DNA of 64,000 nt from Candidatus Marinacidobacterales bacterium (GTDB lineage Bacteria; Acidobacteriota; Vicinamibacteria; Marinacidobacterales; SMYC01): the NCBI GenBank assembly GCA_965224085.1, contig CBDCYI010000011.1, positions 736,001 through 800,000 of the forward strand. The letters are read 5' to 3'. Shown here one piece after another: positions 1 through 11,909 of the stretch. The position numbers were made by a program, and so were the translations under genes. Under the pieces are notes generated by a model that was not told the origin of the DNA, did not search any database, and saw only the letters and a list, made by a program, of their open reading frames with translations. Every line of letters begins with the position of its first letter. Position 1 is the first letter of the stretch.

Positions 1-425
1 CCGTAGCTCGAAAGCGCATCGAGCGTCGTCTCGACGCGTCGCATCACGGCGTTGCTAGCGCTTTCCGCGCTCCGCTCCAATATCGCGCGCACGATGCCCG
101 TCGCGTCCCGAACCGCCTCGAGCCGCTCTCGCTCCTCATCTTCTCGAACGCCCGGTTGCGATTCCTTCGAGAACACGTCGCGATAGCTGTCGCCCGCCGC
201 TATGAGCGCATTGAAGGACAGCGGTTCTCTCCAGTACAACTGGTTCACGGCCCACGCGGACGCGTTGGGCTTCACGAGAGCTTTGACGCGCTCGGCGCCG
301 TGGGCGTCCCCGGCTTTCTTGAGCGCGGCCGCGAGAGCGTTTCGGAGGAAGACGAATTCGCTCAGCGGCGCTCGATAGAGCCTTTCGAGCTCGTCATCTA
401 TAGACTTGGGTATGGACTCTGACAT
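1..425 (-). CDS. Hypothetical protein, 3' end runs off the window
   Basis: Manual translation from ATG 425: MSESIPKSIDDELERLYRAPLSEFVFLRNALAAALKKAGD...KPNASAWAVNQLYW; open to the edge, 4 bp downstream of the preceding gene. Confidence 0.7.
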   Translation of the reverse strand, partial: MSESIPKSIDDELERLYRAPLSEFVFLRNALAAALKKAGDAHGAERVKALVKPNASAWAVNQLYWREPLSFNALIAAGDSYRDVFSKESQPGVREDEERERLEAVRDATGIVRAILERSAESASNAVMRRVETTLDALSSY

Positions 426-429
426 GCCG

Positions 430-1647
430 TCAGCGTGCGATGTCGTAGCTGTAAAGGGTGTCTTGATCGCGAAGGTAGAGCTTTCCGTTCGCGATCACGG
501 GATGAGACCAGCTGGGGCGGTTGGAGCGCGGAACTTCGAAACGTCCCTCCTCGCGATAGCCTTCGCGCGTGGCTGCGACGAGCCCCATGACGCCGTTTTC
601 TCCGAAGACGTAGAGATGTCTGTCCGCGTAAATGAGCGAGCCTTTACCAACGCTGCGATCGCGCCATAAGAGCTTGCCCGTCTCGAAATCGAGGGCGGTT
701 AGGATGCGGCTGTTGTAGCCGTACAGCGTATCGTCCACGAGCACTGAGCTCGCGTGATGGTTCTTCATGTCCCGGCTGAAATAGACCTCGCGAACCGTCA
801 AGTCGGTTGGACCGCCTTTTATCTCCAGTAGTGCGCAGCCGGTCCCGTAATCCGACGAGACGAACACGAAGTTGCCCCGGACGATCGGCGTGGCGACATT
901 CGCGGTGCGATTCGAGACGCGCCGGTAGTGCCAGAGAAGCGTGCCGTCGTCGACGCTTATGCCGACCACCCGCTCACCCGTGAAGAACACGGCTTGCCGC
1001 ACGCCGCGGATCGTGGCGACGACGGCGGAGGAGTAGCCCGCTTCGTCTCGCTCGCTCTGCCAGAGGGTAGAACCGTCTTGCTTGTCGAGGGCGACGATGG
1101 ACGCTCTCGAGCCACCGGCATTGGCGAGCACTCGGTCAGAAAGGACGAGCGGCGATTCGCTGATGCCCCAGGAAATGTTCCGGCCACCGAAGCGTTCTAG
1201 AAGATTCACGGACCAGTGGACCTTCCCGGTCGCCACGTCGAGAACCGTCAGATCACCCCTTCCGCCGAGTGCGTAGACGCGGTTGCCATCGACGGTGGGA
1301 GCGCCGCGTGGCCCGTCCCCGCGATTGTTGTGATAGTGCTGACCACTGCGTGCGCGCCAGAGAGCCTTGCCCGTTTCCACGTCGAGGGCAAACACATATT
1401 CGGTGTCCTTCGAGGCGCCGAGCGTGAAGATGCGGCCCCGGGATATCGTGACCGTCGAATAACCCACGCCGAGCCCCCTCGATCTCCAAACGAGCGGTGG
1501 CCCACCTTCGGGCCAGGAGCTCAGGAGGCCGGTTTCGCGAGAGATGCCGTCGCGCGCCGCCCCGCGCCACTGGGGCCAATCTTCGGCGAAGCTGGTAGAG
1601 GCGACGAGCGTTATCGAGAGCAAGCTGGATGCCGTGCAGATGCGCAT
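430..1647 (-). CDS. PQQ-binding-like beta-propeller protein (BamB-like)
   Basis: Signal peptide, DWPQWRG start, repeated ALDxxTGKxLW blades. Confidence 0.88.
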   Translation of the reverse strand: MRICTASSLLSITLVASTSFAEDWPQWRGAARDGISRETGLLSSWPEGGPPLVWRSRGLGVGYSTVTISRGRIFTLGASKDTEYVFALDVETGKALWRARSGQHYHNNRGDGPRGAPTVDGNRVYALGGRGDLTVLDVATGKVHWSVNLLERFGGRNISWGISESPLVLSDRVLANAGGSRASIVALDKQDGSTLWQSERDEAGYSSAVVATIRGVRQAVFFTGERVVGISVDDGTLLWHYRRVSNRTANVATPIVRGNFVFVSSDYGTGCALLEIKGGPTDLTVREVYFSRDMKNHHASSVLVDDTLYGYNSRILTALDFETGKLLWRDRSVGKGSLIYADRHLYVFGENGVMGLVAATREGYREEGRFEVPRSNRPSWSHPVIANGKLYLRDQDTLYSYDIAR

Positions 1648-1850
1648 CCCGCCATTTTAGCGCTCAATGGCCTTCCGCGACGGCGCCCATCATCGGTGGT
1701 GCGGAACACACCCGTGCGCTTGTCTGACCTCGATCGTCACAGGAGTACCACGCTAAAGCGCCGAAAAACAAGAGGTTGTTTCTTTCTCCGAGCGCTCTTA
1801 TCATCCCTAAACGCTAGGCGCTCATCGCGCCTTCAAGGAGGGTAGAGCCT

Positions 1851-3479
1851 TTGGACAAAACCGAGGCAAACTTCCGGCCCCTGACTCCCCTCCACTTTCT
1901 CGAGCGAGCGGCGGCGGTTTATCCCGATCACATCGCGGTTATCCATGGGGAGCGTCGCTACGACTATGCGGAGCTCTGGCGGCGCTCGCGAAAGCTCGCG
2001 AGTGCGCTCTGCGCGCGCGGCGTGGAGCGCGGGGATACTGTCAGCATCATTGCGCCCAATACGCCGGCCATCCTCGAAGCGCATTACGGCGTGCCGATGG
2101 CGGGCGCGATCCTTAACCCGATCAATACGCGCCTCGATCCCGACACCATCGCGTTCATCCTCGAGCACAGCGAAGCCAAAGTTCTACTCACGGACCGCGA
2201 GCTGAGCCCGACGGTAGAAAAAGCGCTCGCTTCCGTCGAGAAAGAGCCCGTCGTGATCGACGTGGACGACCCTCGCGGGAGCGGGGGCGATCTTCTCGGA
2301 GAGAAGGACTACGAAGCTTTCCTCGAAGAGGGGAGCTCGGAGGACGAGTGGCTCTGGCCGGAGGACGAGTGGGATGCGATCTCGCTCAACTACACGTCGG
2401 GTACCACCGGCGATCCCAAAGGGGTCGTCTATCACCATCGCGGCGCTGCGCTTTTAGCACTCGGAAATCTCATCGCGTGGAACATGCCCGTGCATCCCGT
2501 CTATTTGTGGACGCTTCCCATGTTCCACTGCAACGGTTGGTGCTTCCCCTGGTCTCTTGCTGTCAACGCGGGAACGCATGTCTGTCTGCGGCAAATAGAG
2601 CCTCGTGGCATCTACGACGCTATCAAACGCCACGGCGTAACCCATCTATGCGGCGCGCCCATCGTGATGCGGTTCATCATTGAAGCGGTCGCTCGGCACG
2701 GGCGCCCCTCCGAGAAAGTCGTGGAAGTTGCGACCGCGGCGGCGCCGCCTCCGGCAGCCACGATCGGAGCGATGGAGGATGCCGGTTTTAGAGTCACCCA
2801 TCTCTACGGTTTGACCGAGACCTACGGTCCCGCCGTCGTCAACGCATGGCATCGAGAGTGGGATGCGCTCGCGCTCGCCGATCGCGCCGAGAAGAAATCG
2901 CGACAGGGCGTTCGCTATCCCGTGCTCGAAGATTTGATGGTCGCGGACCCCTCGATACTGCCACTCGAGCCCGTGCCCTGGGACGGCGAAACGATGGGCG
3001 AAGTGATGTTCAGGGGCAACATCGTGATGAAAGGCTATTTGAAGAACCCGGCGGCGACGAAGGAAGCCTTCGCCGGTGGTTGGTTCCACTCGGGCGATCT
3101 CGGCGTGGTGCACGAGGACGGCTATATCGAGCTACGCGATCGCTCGAAGGACATCATTATTTCGGGCGGCGAGAATATCTCGACGATCGAGGTCGAAGGC
3201 GTTCTCTACAAACACCCGGCCGTCTTGGAAGCGGCGGTCGTGGCGCGCCCCGACGAGAAGTGGGGCGAGACGCCCTGCGCCTTCGTGACGTTGAGACCCG
3301 ATGCGGGTGACCCAGGTGATATCGACGCGCAGGAAATCATCGACTTTTGCCGCGAGCATCTTGCGCACTTCAAAGCCCCCAAGACCGTCATCTTTGACGA
3401 GCTTCCCAAGACCTCGACGGGTAAGATCCAGAAATATGTGCTCAGGGAGCGCGCCCGTTTGCTTGATTCTGAACGATGA
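1851..3479 (+). CDS. Acyl-CoA synthetase (AMP-binding)
   Basis: YTSGTTGDPKG, YGLTET, WFHSGD and PKTSTGKIQK motifs. Confidence 0.93.
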   Translation: MDKTEANFRPLTPLHFLERAAAVYPDHIAVIHGERRYDYAELWRRSRKLASALCARGVERGDTVSIIAPNTPAILEAHYGVPMAGAILNPINTRLDPDTIAFILEHSEAKVLLTDRELSPTVEKALASVEKEPVVIDVDDPRGSGGDLLGEKDYEAFLEEGSSEDEWLWPEDEWDAISLNYTSGTTGDPKGVVYHHRGAALLALGNLIAWNMPVHPVYLWTLPMFHCNGWCFPWSLAVNAGTHVCLRQIEPRGIYDAIKRHGVTHLCGAPIVMRFIIEAVARHGRPSEKVVEVATAAAPPPAATIGAMEDAGFRVTHLYGLTETYGPAVVNAWHREWDALALADRAEKKSRQGVRYPVLEDLMVADPSILPLEPVPWDGETMGEVMFRGNIVMKGYLKNPAATKEAFAGGWFHSGDLGVVHEDGYIELRDRSKDIIISGGENISTIEVEGVLYKHPAVLEAAVVARPDEKWGETPCAFVTLRPDAGDPGDIDAQEIIDFCREHLAHFKAPKTVIFDELPKTSTGKIQKYVLRERARLLDSER

Positions 3480-5172
3480 CAACGCCCGGGAGAGCGCCGG
3501 TGCGTACGCCGCCATCCACCGTGAGCTCTCCGTTCACGATTACATAGTCGATCCCTACGGGATAGCGATCGGGCTCTAGGATCGTCGCGCGATCCTGGAT
3601 TCTCGCGAAATCGAACAAGACGAGATCGGCTTTGTAGCCTTCACGCAGATAGCCGCGGTCCTCGAGGCCGATGATTTGCGCGGGGAGACCAGTGGAAGAG
3701 CGGATGGCGAAGGGGAGGCTCACGACGCCGCGCTCCCGGACGTAATGCGCGAGCTTTCTCGGATAGGTTCCGTAATAGCGCGGATGCTGCCCGGGGCGCG
3801 TTGTCATGGACACACCGCCATCGGTAGAGGTCGCGGTGTATTCCTGGCGCATGTAGTTCTCGACGTCGAAGCGATCGCCGGCGACCGGGCGGAAGAGCGC
3901 ACCGTGGCGTGCGTCATCCGTTCCCGTCATCGCGAAGTCCACCAGTGTGTCGATGACGCTCTTGCCGTTGTCGCGAGCGACTTCGGCGAGAGTCTTGCCG
4001 ACGAGGGACGGCTCCTCGGCAAAGACCACGATGATGTGGCGCGCAGCGCCTCCCTGCAGATCGAGCACGTGCTCGATATCGGTGATGAGAAGCGGACCCG
4101 TCACGGGATCCGCGAGATTTTTCTTCAAGTTCTCTTTGTGGTCAACGAAGATGCCGTCGGCGCGCCAGAGAGGTGCATCGAGCCCGCCGCTGCGATCGAT
4201 GCCCGGTGCGGCGAAGCCCCAGGACGGAATGACGCCGGTGGGACCACCTCCGAAAGTTTCATAAGGATATTGATCGAGATAAACCTGGACGCCTTCGCCG
4301 CGCGCTTGCTCGATGAGCCGAATGTCGATCGACGCGTGCCCCCACGTCGTCGGTCCTTTTGCTTTGATATGGCTTCCGACGACGCGGATCCCGGTTTCGC
4401 GGCCGATGCGGATGGTCTCCTTCATGCCGTCCGTTCCCGTGAGGCGCCAGCCATCCGCTTCGAGGATGCTCGGGGTCTGCCAGCGAGGAAGAGGCGACTG
4501 GCTTCGTTGATGTGCATAGTAGAAGCCGTCATATTCCGCGACCACCTGTGCGAGCGCCACGAGCTCTTCGGTCGTGCTGAAACGGCCCGGCCGATATTCG
4601 GGGCCGGCGCCGATGCCCCAAGCGCCGTCATCCATGCCCTCGCGCACGAGAGCCTGCATGCGACGCACCTCTTCGTCCGTCGCCACCCGTTCGTAGTCGT
4701 CCTCCATGACGACGCCGCGTACCGTACCGTGCCCGACCATCGGCACGATGTTCAGCGCGATACCCATCTTGCGGAACGCGGCGATCTCTTTCGAGATAGG
4801 CCAGAGGCGGTTGCGTCCATCAGGGCCCCCCACGACGGTCGTAATGCCTTGCGCCACGAGGTTGTGGGCTTTGCGTGCTTCGCGATCGTCGCCTGCGAGC
4901 GCGCGGTCCGCGTGCGAATGCATGTCGATGAAGCCGGGCGCCACGACGAAGCCGGACGCGTCGATCGTGCGCCGCGCTCGCATATCGCCGAGCTTGCCGA
5001 GGGCCAGGATCGTATCGCCGCGAATCGCGATGTCCGCGCGGAAGTCCGGGTTCCCCGTCCCGTCGAGCACGCGCCCGTTCCGGATGAGAAGGTCGACATC
5101 TTGGGCGCCGGCGGAGGCGGCAACGAGTGCGCTAAGAGCGATCGGGAGGACGTAACGCATGGAGCACCTCAC
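3442..5172 (-). CDS. N-acyl-D-amino-acid deacylase family amidohydrolase
   Basis: PGFIDMHSH, HPRYYGTYPR, DRGYLREGYKADLVLFD; signal peptide. Confidence 0.88.
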   Translation of the reverse strand: MRCSMRYVLPIALSALVAASAGAQDVDLLIRNGRVLDGTGNPDFRADIAIRGDTILALGKLGDMRARRTIDASGFVVAPGFIDMHSHADRALAGDDREARKAHNLVAQGITTVVGGPDGRNRLWPISKEIAAFRKMGIALNIVPMVGHGTVRGVVMEDDYERVATDEEVRRMQALVREGMDDGAWGIGAGPEYRPGRFSTTEELVALAQVVAEYDGFYYAHQRSQSPLPRWQTPSILEADGWRLTGTDGMKETIRIGRETGIRVVGSHIKAKGPTTWGHASIDIRLIEQARGEGVQVYLDQYPYETFGGGPTGVIPSWGFAAPGIDRSGGLDAPLWRADGIFVDHKENLKKNLADPVTGPLLITDIEHVLDLQGGAARHIIVVFAEEPSLVGKTLAEVARDNGKSVIDTLVDFAMTGTDDARHGALFRPVAGDRFDVENYMRQEYTATSTDGGVSMTTRPGQHPRYYGTYPRKLAHYVRERGVVSLPFAIRSSTGLPAQIIGLEDRGYLREGYKADLVLFDFARIQDRATILEPDRYPVGIDYVIVNGELTVDGGVRTGALPGVVIVQNQANGRAP

Positions 5173-5193
5173 AGGGTTGAGACAAGGACATGA

Positions 5194-5450
5194 TCAGTCG
5201 AATGCTTTTTCAACGACCGCCGCTCCGATGGAGTCACCGAGCGTGTTCGTCGCCGTGCGGAAACGATCGAGGAGCCAGTCGACCGAAAGGATGAGGCCGA
5301 TATATTCGGCAGGAAGACCCACCGCGTTCAAGACGATCAGCATAGTGACGGGCTGAGCCTCACGAATGCGTGGATCGCCAATGCGAGAAGTACCGTCAGA
5401 AAGTACCAGCCCGTCTGGCTGAGCACCGCCAGGAATCGGCGCGCGCAGCG
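5194..5450 (-). pseudogene. Dicarboxylate/amino acid:cation symporter remnant
   Basis: C-terminal LILSVDWLLDRFRTATNTLGD joined out of frame to a mid-protein piece GWYFLTVLLALAIHAFV; rest missing. Confidence 0.75.
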
Positions 5451-5602
5451 TTTCAGTACGCCCCGCCATTTGGTGAGAGGCACTGTCCCGTAATGTAGGA
5501 CGCTTCGTCCGAAGCGAGAAAAACTGTTTCAGTACGCCCCGCCATTTGGTGAGAGGCACTGTCCCGTAATGTAGGACGCTTCGTCCGAAGCGAGAAAAAC
5601 TG
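5451..5602. repeat. Perfect 76-bp tandem duplication of the SDR gene 3' end
   Basis: 5451-5526 identical to 5527-5602 (tttcagtacgcccc...gagaaaaactg). Confidence 0.95.
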
Positions 5603-6305
5603 CAACGGCCGCGATCTCGTCCGGCGTGGCCCAGCGCCCCAAAGGGATGTTGCCGAGCGAAGCGTCGCGCACCGAACCGGAGATGTGCTGGGTCATTGCC
5701 GTCTCGGTAAAGCCGGGAGCGATAGCGTTCACCCGAATCCCGCGCGAGCCGACTTCCTTCGCCACCGATTTCGTGAACCCGAGCACACCCGCTTTCGCCG
5801 CGGCGTAATGCGGCGCGTCCGCGAGCCCCGCGAGCGCAGCTGTGCTCGAAAGATTGATGATGACGCCACTCGCTTGCGAGCCCATTCTCTGGAGAGCCTC
5901 GCGCGTGCAGAAAAACATACCGTCCAGATGAACGGCCATCATGCGCCGCCAAGTCACGTCGTCCATCGAGACCGTAACATCCCAGTGCGTCGTGATGGGC
6001 TGCTCGCGAAAGCGCGCTTCGGCCTTCGCATTGAGCCTGTCCCACCGCTCCTTCGTTTGGCCAATACCAGCATTATTGACGAGAACATCCAGCCTCTCGA
6101 GACCGGCGAACATCGCTCTAACCTGCCCACTATCCGAAACGTCCGCAACAAGCGCGCTCTTTGCACCGAGCGTCGCTTCGGCGGCGACGCGGTCGACGTC
6201 GTTCACGTAGACGCGCGCGCCTTCGCGATCGAGCTGCCGTGCAATAGCCCGTCCAATCCCCGCCCCCCCTCCCGTAACAAGCGCAACTTTGTTCTCGAGT
6301 CTCAT
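5529..6305 (-). CDS. SDR oxidoreductase (FabG-like)
   Basis: TGGGAGIG, NNAG, YAAAK, ITGQ; likely start MRLENK at 6305. Confidence 0.92.
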   Translation of the reverse strand: MRLENKVALVTGGGAGIGRAIARQLDREGARVYVNDVDRVAAEATLGAKSALVADVSDSGQVRAMFAGLERLDVLVNNAGIGQTKERWDRLNAKAEARFREQPITTHWDVTVSMDDVTWRRMMAVHLDGMFFCTREALQRMGSQASGVIINLSSTAALAGLADAPHYAAAKAGVLGFTKSVAKEVGSRGIRVNAIAPGFTETAMTQHISGSVRDASLGNIPLGRWATPDEIAAVAVFLASDEASYITGQCLSPNGGAY

Positions 6306-6403
6306 AGGGAAGAGAGTATAACCGTTCAGCATTTCAGCATTCAGATGTTGGCTCCGAACTCCGAGCCACGCGATCCTGAATGCTGAATGCTAAGCACCCG
6401 AAC

Positions 6404-6436
6404 AAAAAAAGCCCGGGCCGAAAGGCCCGGGCTTTG
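6404..6436 (-). terminator. Rho-independent terminator after groEL
   Basis: Hairpin gcccgggcc-tttc-ggcccgggc followed by a T run on the minus strand. Confidence 0.88.
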
Positions 6437-6449
6437 CTGTTTGAGCGCC

Positions 6450-8141
<1,692 letters not shown>

Positions 8142-8149
8142 TCAAAACG

Positions 8150-8437
8150 TTATTCCACGACTCCGAGAACCTCGTCCTCTTTGAGGATGAGATATTCGTC
8201 ACCATCGAGTTTGACTTCCGAGCCCGAGTACTTGCCTACGAGCACTTTGTCGCCGACCTTTACCTCGAGCGGTACTTTCTTCCCGTCTTTCAGGGTTCTG
8301 CCGGAACCGACAGCAATGACCTTGGCCGTTAGAGGCTTTTCCTTCGCGCTATCGGGGATGATGATGGAGCCGATCTTCTTCTCCTCTTCATCCAACCGCT
8401 TGACGACGATATTGTCTTTAATTGGTTTGATCTTCAT
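8150..8437 (-). CDS. groES: Co-chaperonin GroES
   Basis: [19 protein letters not shown]; directly upstream of groEL. Confidence 0.98.
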   Translation of the reverse strand: MKIKPIKDNIVVKRLDEEEKKIGSIIIPDSAKEKPLTAKVIAVGSGRTLKDGKKVPLEVKVGDKVLVGKYSGSEVKLDGDEYLILKEDEVLGVVE

Positions 8438-8506
8438 TTCGCTCCTGTTCCTCCTTCGTTACAACGAAAATTGTCGACGCTCGGTTCGGAAGCTCGAGAA
8501 CGTCGG

Positions 8507-8953
8507 CTACCCACTGATTGGAATTTGACGGCTCTTCTCGCTGACCACTTTAGGTATCGTGACCGTGAGGATCCCCGCTTTGAACTCCGCTTTGACCTCG
8601 TCCGCCTCGACCGGCGTCGGAAGGTCGAAGGTCCGATGGAAGGCGCCATGGGACCGTTCCATCCGAAGAAACTGTTTTTCGCTCACCGCTTCTGCCAGTT
8701 GGCGCTCGCCCTGCAACGTGATGCGGTCGTCGTCGATACGGAGCTCGATGTCGTCCTGATTCACCCCGGGGAGCTCTGCTTTGAGGATCAAGTGCTGATC
8801 GGACTCGTAGAGGTCGACCGCCGGCGACCAAGCGCCGGTCGAGGAGAGCTCCGCGTCCCCGCGCGAGCGCGACAACGTCTCATCGATCAAGCGATTCACA
8901 CGCTCTTGCAAGGAGAGAAGCTCGCGGACAGGGTCCCAATGGGCAAATGGCAT
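8507..8953 (-). CDS. Hsp20/alpha-crystallin small heat-shock protein
   Basis: PAVDLYE, AELPGV, FHRTFDLP, GILTVTIPK. Confidence 0.95.
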   Translation of the reverse strand: MPFAHWDPVRELLSLQERVNRLIDETLSRSRGDAELSSTGAWSPAVDLYESDQHLILKAELPGVNQDDIELRIDDDRITLQGERQLAEAVSEKQFLRMERSHGAFHRTFDLPTPVEADEVKAEFKAGILTVTIPKVVSEKSRQIPISG

Positions 8954-8968
8954 TTTGTTGAGGGCTTG

Positions 8969-8995
8969 TTAGCACTCGACTCGTTCGACTGCTAA
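8969..8995. promoter_or_regulatory. CIRCE operator (HrcA)
   Basis: TTAGCACTC-N9-GACTGCTAA, one mismatch to the consensus. Confidence 0.93.
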
Positions 8996-9003
8996 CAGAA
9001 CGA

Positions 9004-9032
9004 ATACTACGCAAATTCTTAGTTTTTGTCAA
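9004..9032 (-). promoter_or_regulatory. Sigma70-type promoter of hsp20-groES-groEL
   Basis: Minus strand TTGACA-N17-TAGTAT just upstream of CIRCE. Confidence 0.85.
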
Positions 9033-9097
9033 GCAGGTATATGTTAACGTCGATAATGTAGATTTAGTCGAATCACTTATTCGCGGTTCTTTCGAAA

Positions 9098-10156
9098 TTA
9101 GGCATTTACTTCTTTGTTTTCTTGGCTAAGGGCTGATTCCAGCACCGAAAGGGCCTGTGTGACCCCGTCAGGTGGGACATCTTGATGGAGAACGGCGCGC
9201 ACGCCGCTTTTTCCCGCAGGCAGCAGATGGAGCCCCTGAGCGTGACAACGCTCCACGAGCTCGAACGACGAGACGGTGGTCACCCGGAATCGAATAATAT
9301 TGGTTTGGACGAGGGAGGTGTCGAGCTCGATCCCCGGGAACGCGGAGAGCCCCTCCGCGAGCGAGCGTGCCTTCTCATGATCTTCGACAAGGCGCCCGCG
9401 GTGGTTCTCCAAAGCATGGAGCGCCGCGGCCGCGATCACACCAGCCTGGCGGAAGCCGCCGCCGAACATCTGCTTGAACCTTCGCGCCCGCTTCATCGAA
9501 TCCTTGCTCCCGGCTAGAGCCGAGCCGACCGGGGCACCGAGGCCCTTTGAAAAACACACGCTCACGGTGTCGAAGAGGGCGGCGTAGTCGGATTCAGGAT
9601 GACCGCTCGCCGCCGAAGCGTGCCACAGGCGAGCTCCGTCCAGGTGCAGCGGGATCGCGTGCCGGCGAGCGACGCCGGCTACGGCGCTCATGGTGTCGAG
9701 CGGCCAAACGATGCCCCCGCCACCGTTGTGGGTGTTCTCGAGGCAGACGAGCTTCGTGGGCGCGGCAAGCGTGCTGGGGTTGAAGGGGTGGAGCGCCCGC
9801 ATCGCCTGCTCGAGCTGCTCGGCGGAGAAGATCCCGTTCTTGCCTGAGATCGGCCGCACGAGAAGGCCTGACAAACCGGCGGGCGCGCCGCCTTCGTTCA
9901 CGTAGATATGCGCTCCGATGTCGGCCAGGATCTCGTCCCCAGATTCCGTGTGGGCCCGGAGAGCAACCTGGTTCGTCATCGTCCCCGTCGGCATGTAGAC
10001 CGCGTCTTCTTTGCCGAGGATCTCCGAGGTGCGCGCCTCGAGCGCGGTTACGGTCGGGTCATCGCCATAAACGTCGTCGCCCACTTCCGCGCGCGCCATC
10101 GCGTCGCGCATCGCCGCGGTGGGTCGAGTCACGGTATCGCTGCGTAGGTCGATCAT
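9098..10156 (-). CDS. ltaE: Low-specificity L-threonine aldolase
   Basis: IDLRSDTVT, GTMTNQ, HLDGARL, SKGLGAPVGS. Confidence 0.93.
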   Translation of the reverse strand: MIDLRSDTVTRPTAAMRDAMARAEVGDDVYGDDPTVTALEARTSEILGKEDAVYMPTGTMTNQVALRAHTESGDEILADIGAHIYVNEGGAPAGLSGLLVRPISGKNGIFSAEQLEQAMRALHPFNPSTLAAPTKLVCLENTHNGGGGIVWPLDTMSAVAGVARRHAIPLHLDGARLWHASAASGHPESDYAALFDTVSVCFSKGLGAPVGSALAGSKDSMKRARRFKQMFGGGFRQAGVIAAAALHALENHRGRLVEDHEKARSLAEGLSAFPGIELDTSLVQTNIIRFRVTTVSSFELVERCHAQGLHLLPAGKSGVRAVLHQDVPPDGVTQALSVLESALSQENKEVNA

Positions 10157-10280
10157 GGTGAACGATCATAGCGCACTGGCGGGTGCTGAAGAACTGCCGC
10201 CGCCGATGTGTAAGAAAAAAGGAGAGGCGGAGATAAAATCTCGATCGCCTAATCCCCTCCTATCTCCACATCTCCCTGGC

Positions 10281-10991
10281 TCACGCCGCGCAGCACTGGA
10301 GCGCGAGAAAGCCAAAGTCGTGCACTCGCGTCGCGCCTTTTTCGGTCTCGAGGGCGAGATCTTTCAAGCCTGGCTTGTGGTCCGCGCTCGCGTGAAGATG
10401 GAGCTCCACGTTGCCGAGCGCGATGGTGCCGGGCTCGTCTCCGGATGGCGTCCCGAAGAGTGTCGTGAAACGGCGCGACGCTTCCACCTCGTTACGAACA
10501 TAAGCGCCGACGCGCTGTGCTCGGATCTCGCCGAGCAGCGTGCTCACCGGGAGACCGAGCGCGTCGTCGGGATAGTTCCAGCTCGTGGCATGCGGCTTTA
10601 TGAGCTCCACGGTAAAGCCGATCCCGTCCTCGGGGTAGATGAAGGCTTCGAACCCGTCATTCGCGTCGAAGATGCGATCCTCGAAAATTCGAACGCCAGC
10701 GTTTCTGACACGCGCTACGTCCGCCTCGATGTCGTCGCTCTCGAGCGCCAGGTGCTCGAGGCCCTCGCCGTGGTTCTGGAGGAAGCGGTTGACGCGGGAT
10801 TCGGGGTTCCAATTATGAACCATGTGCAGCCAGCACTCGTTTCCGAGAAGCACCCGCGAATCGTGCTGGAACCCCTTCCCCTGGTCGTTTCGGAAGTCTC
10901 TGGAAGCAAGGCCCACACGCTCCAGAACCGCGACGGCGAGGTCGTGGTCCGCGAGCGCAACTCCGATGTGTTGTAGACGTAGGATGGACAC
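10281..10991 (-). CDS. VOC family protein (methylmalonyl-CoA epimerase-like)
   Basis: LQHIGVA, FLQNHGEGLEHLA, TVELI. Confidence 0.75.
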   Translation of the reverse strand: MSILRLQHIGVALADHDLAVAVLERVGLASRDFRNDQGKGFQHDSRVLLGNECWLHMVHNWNPESRVNRFLQNHGEGLEHLALESDDIEADVARVRNAGVRIFEDRIFDANDGFEAFIYPEDGIGFTVELIKPHATSWNYPDDALGLPVSTLLGEIRAQRVGAYVRNEVEASRRFTTLFGTPSGDEPGTIALGNVELHLHASADHKPGLKDLALETEKGATRVHDFGFLALQCCAA

Positions 10992-11021
10992 GACAAAACC
11001 CTAACGGCTCGGCGTAGAAGT

Positions 11022-11909
11022 TCAAGGCGTCTGTTCGGACAAGGGTTTCTTCAAGACGCTGTCGAGCCCTTCGAGATCGGAATCTTCGGGAACAGCCCTG
11101 TTGGCGGCTTCGGTGACCGGTATTTCTGGCTCGCTTGTTCGAGGGGGTGGTGGGGCCTCTGAGCTCTCTGTAATCGGGGTGAGCCATCCAAGCGCGATGA
11201 AAGCCCAGAGCAGCTGACAAACTTCGAAGTCGCTGAGCTCGGAGTTGGCGCAAGCCTCTGCGATCGTTTTCGGGCCTCTCAGATCGGAGAGGATCTCGAG
11301 CTCTTTCGGGTCGAGCTTTGCGGCTCTCACGCTGTCGTCGATCCCTTCGCACGACTGGTTCACCGCATCGAGCGATCCGATCCCTTGCGCGATGCGTCGC
11401 CAGCTGGAAACGTCACGCACACCGTCGATGATGAGCTTTGGAAGAGCAATGGAAAGCTCGATCGTTTCTTTCGCCAGCTGCTTCTCCGCGAAGATGTAAG
11501 CGGCTTCGGTCCACTGAAAGAGGCTGAGGATGATGGAGCGGACTTGACCGATGACGCCTTGAACCAAGTCATGCGGTGTTATGACGCCGTTTTCGACAAG
11601 AACGGCTCCGAACCTGCGCTCGGGCGTGACGAATCGGCTGAGCTCCGTCAGATGTTCGAACCGGATCTTCTTCGCCTTCAAAAGGTGCGGACCCAGCCGA
11701 TCATCCGCGGAGGACGACTTCGCGAACACGATCGCGCCCTTGTGTACGACAACGGTTTTCTCGGCCTCTGCGCTCACGAAGCGCAGCTCGCCCGTTTGCT
11801 TCAGGCTGCAAATCCTTAGGAGCAGATCGGGCAGATCGTAGGCTTGAGCCCAGCAGTTGAAGCTTCCCGAGAGCGGGATGTCCTGATCGGGCGACATGGC
11901 GCGGAGCAC
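11022..11909 (-). CDS. DUF4388-like domain protein
   Basis: LPDLL...KQTGELRF...GAIVFAKSS...RLG..L...SLFQWTEA pattern. Confidence 0.75.
   Translation of the reverse strand: MLRAMSPDQDIPLSGSFNCWAQAYDLPDLLLRICSLKQTGELRFVSAEAEKTVVVHKGAIVFAKSSSADDRLGPHLLKAKKIRFEHLTELSRFVTPERRFGAVLVENGVITPHDLVQGVIGQVRSIILSLFQWTEAAYIFAEKQLAKETIELSIALPKLIIDGVRDVSSWRRIAQGIGSLDAVNQSCEGIDDSVRAAKLDPKELEILSDLRGPKTIAEACANSELSDFEVCQLLWAFIALGWLTPITESSEAPPPPRTSEPEIPVTEAANRAVPEDSDLEGLDSVLKKPLSEQTP

Noticed and set aside
3676-5193. Long antisense ORFs (also 20063-21529, 44674-45819, 49382-50620, 62586-63641)
   Set aside because: Shadow frames of well-supported genes in GC-rich DNA, with no motifs
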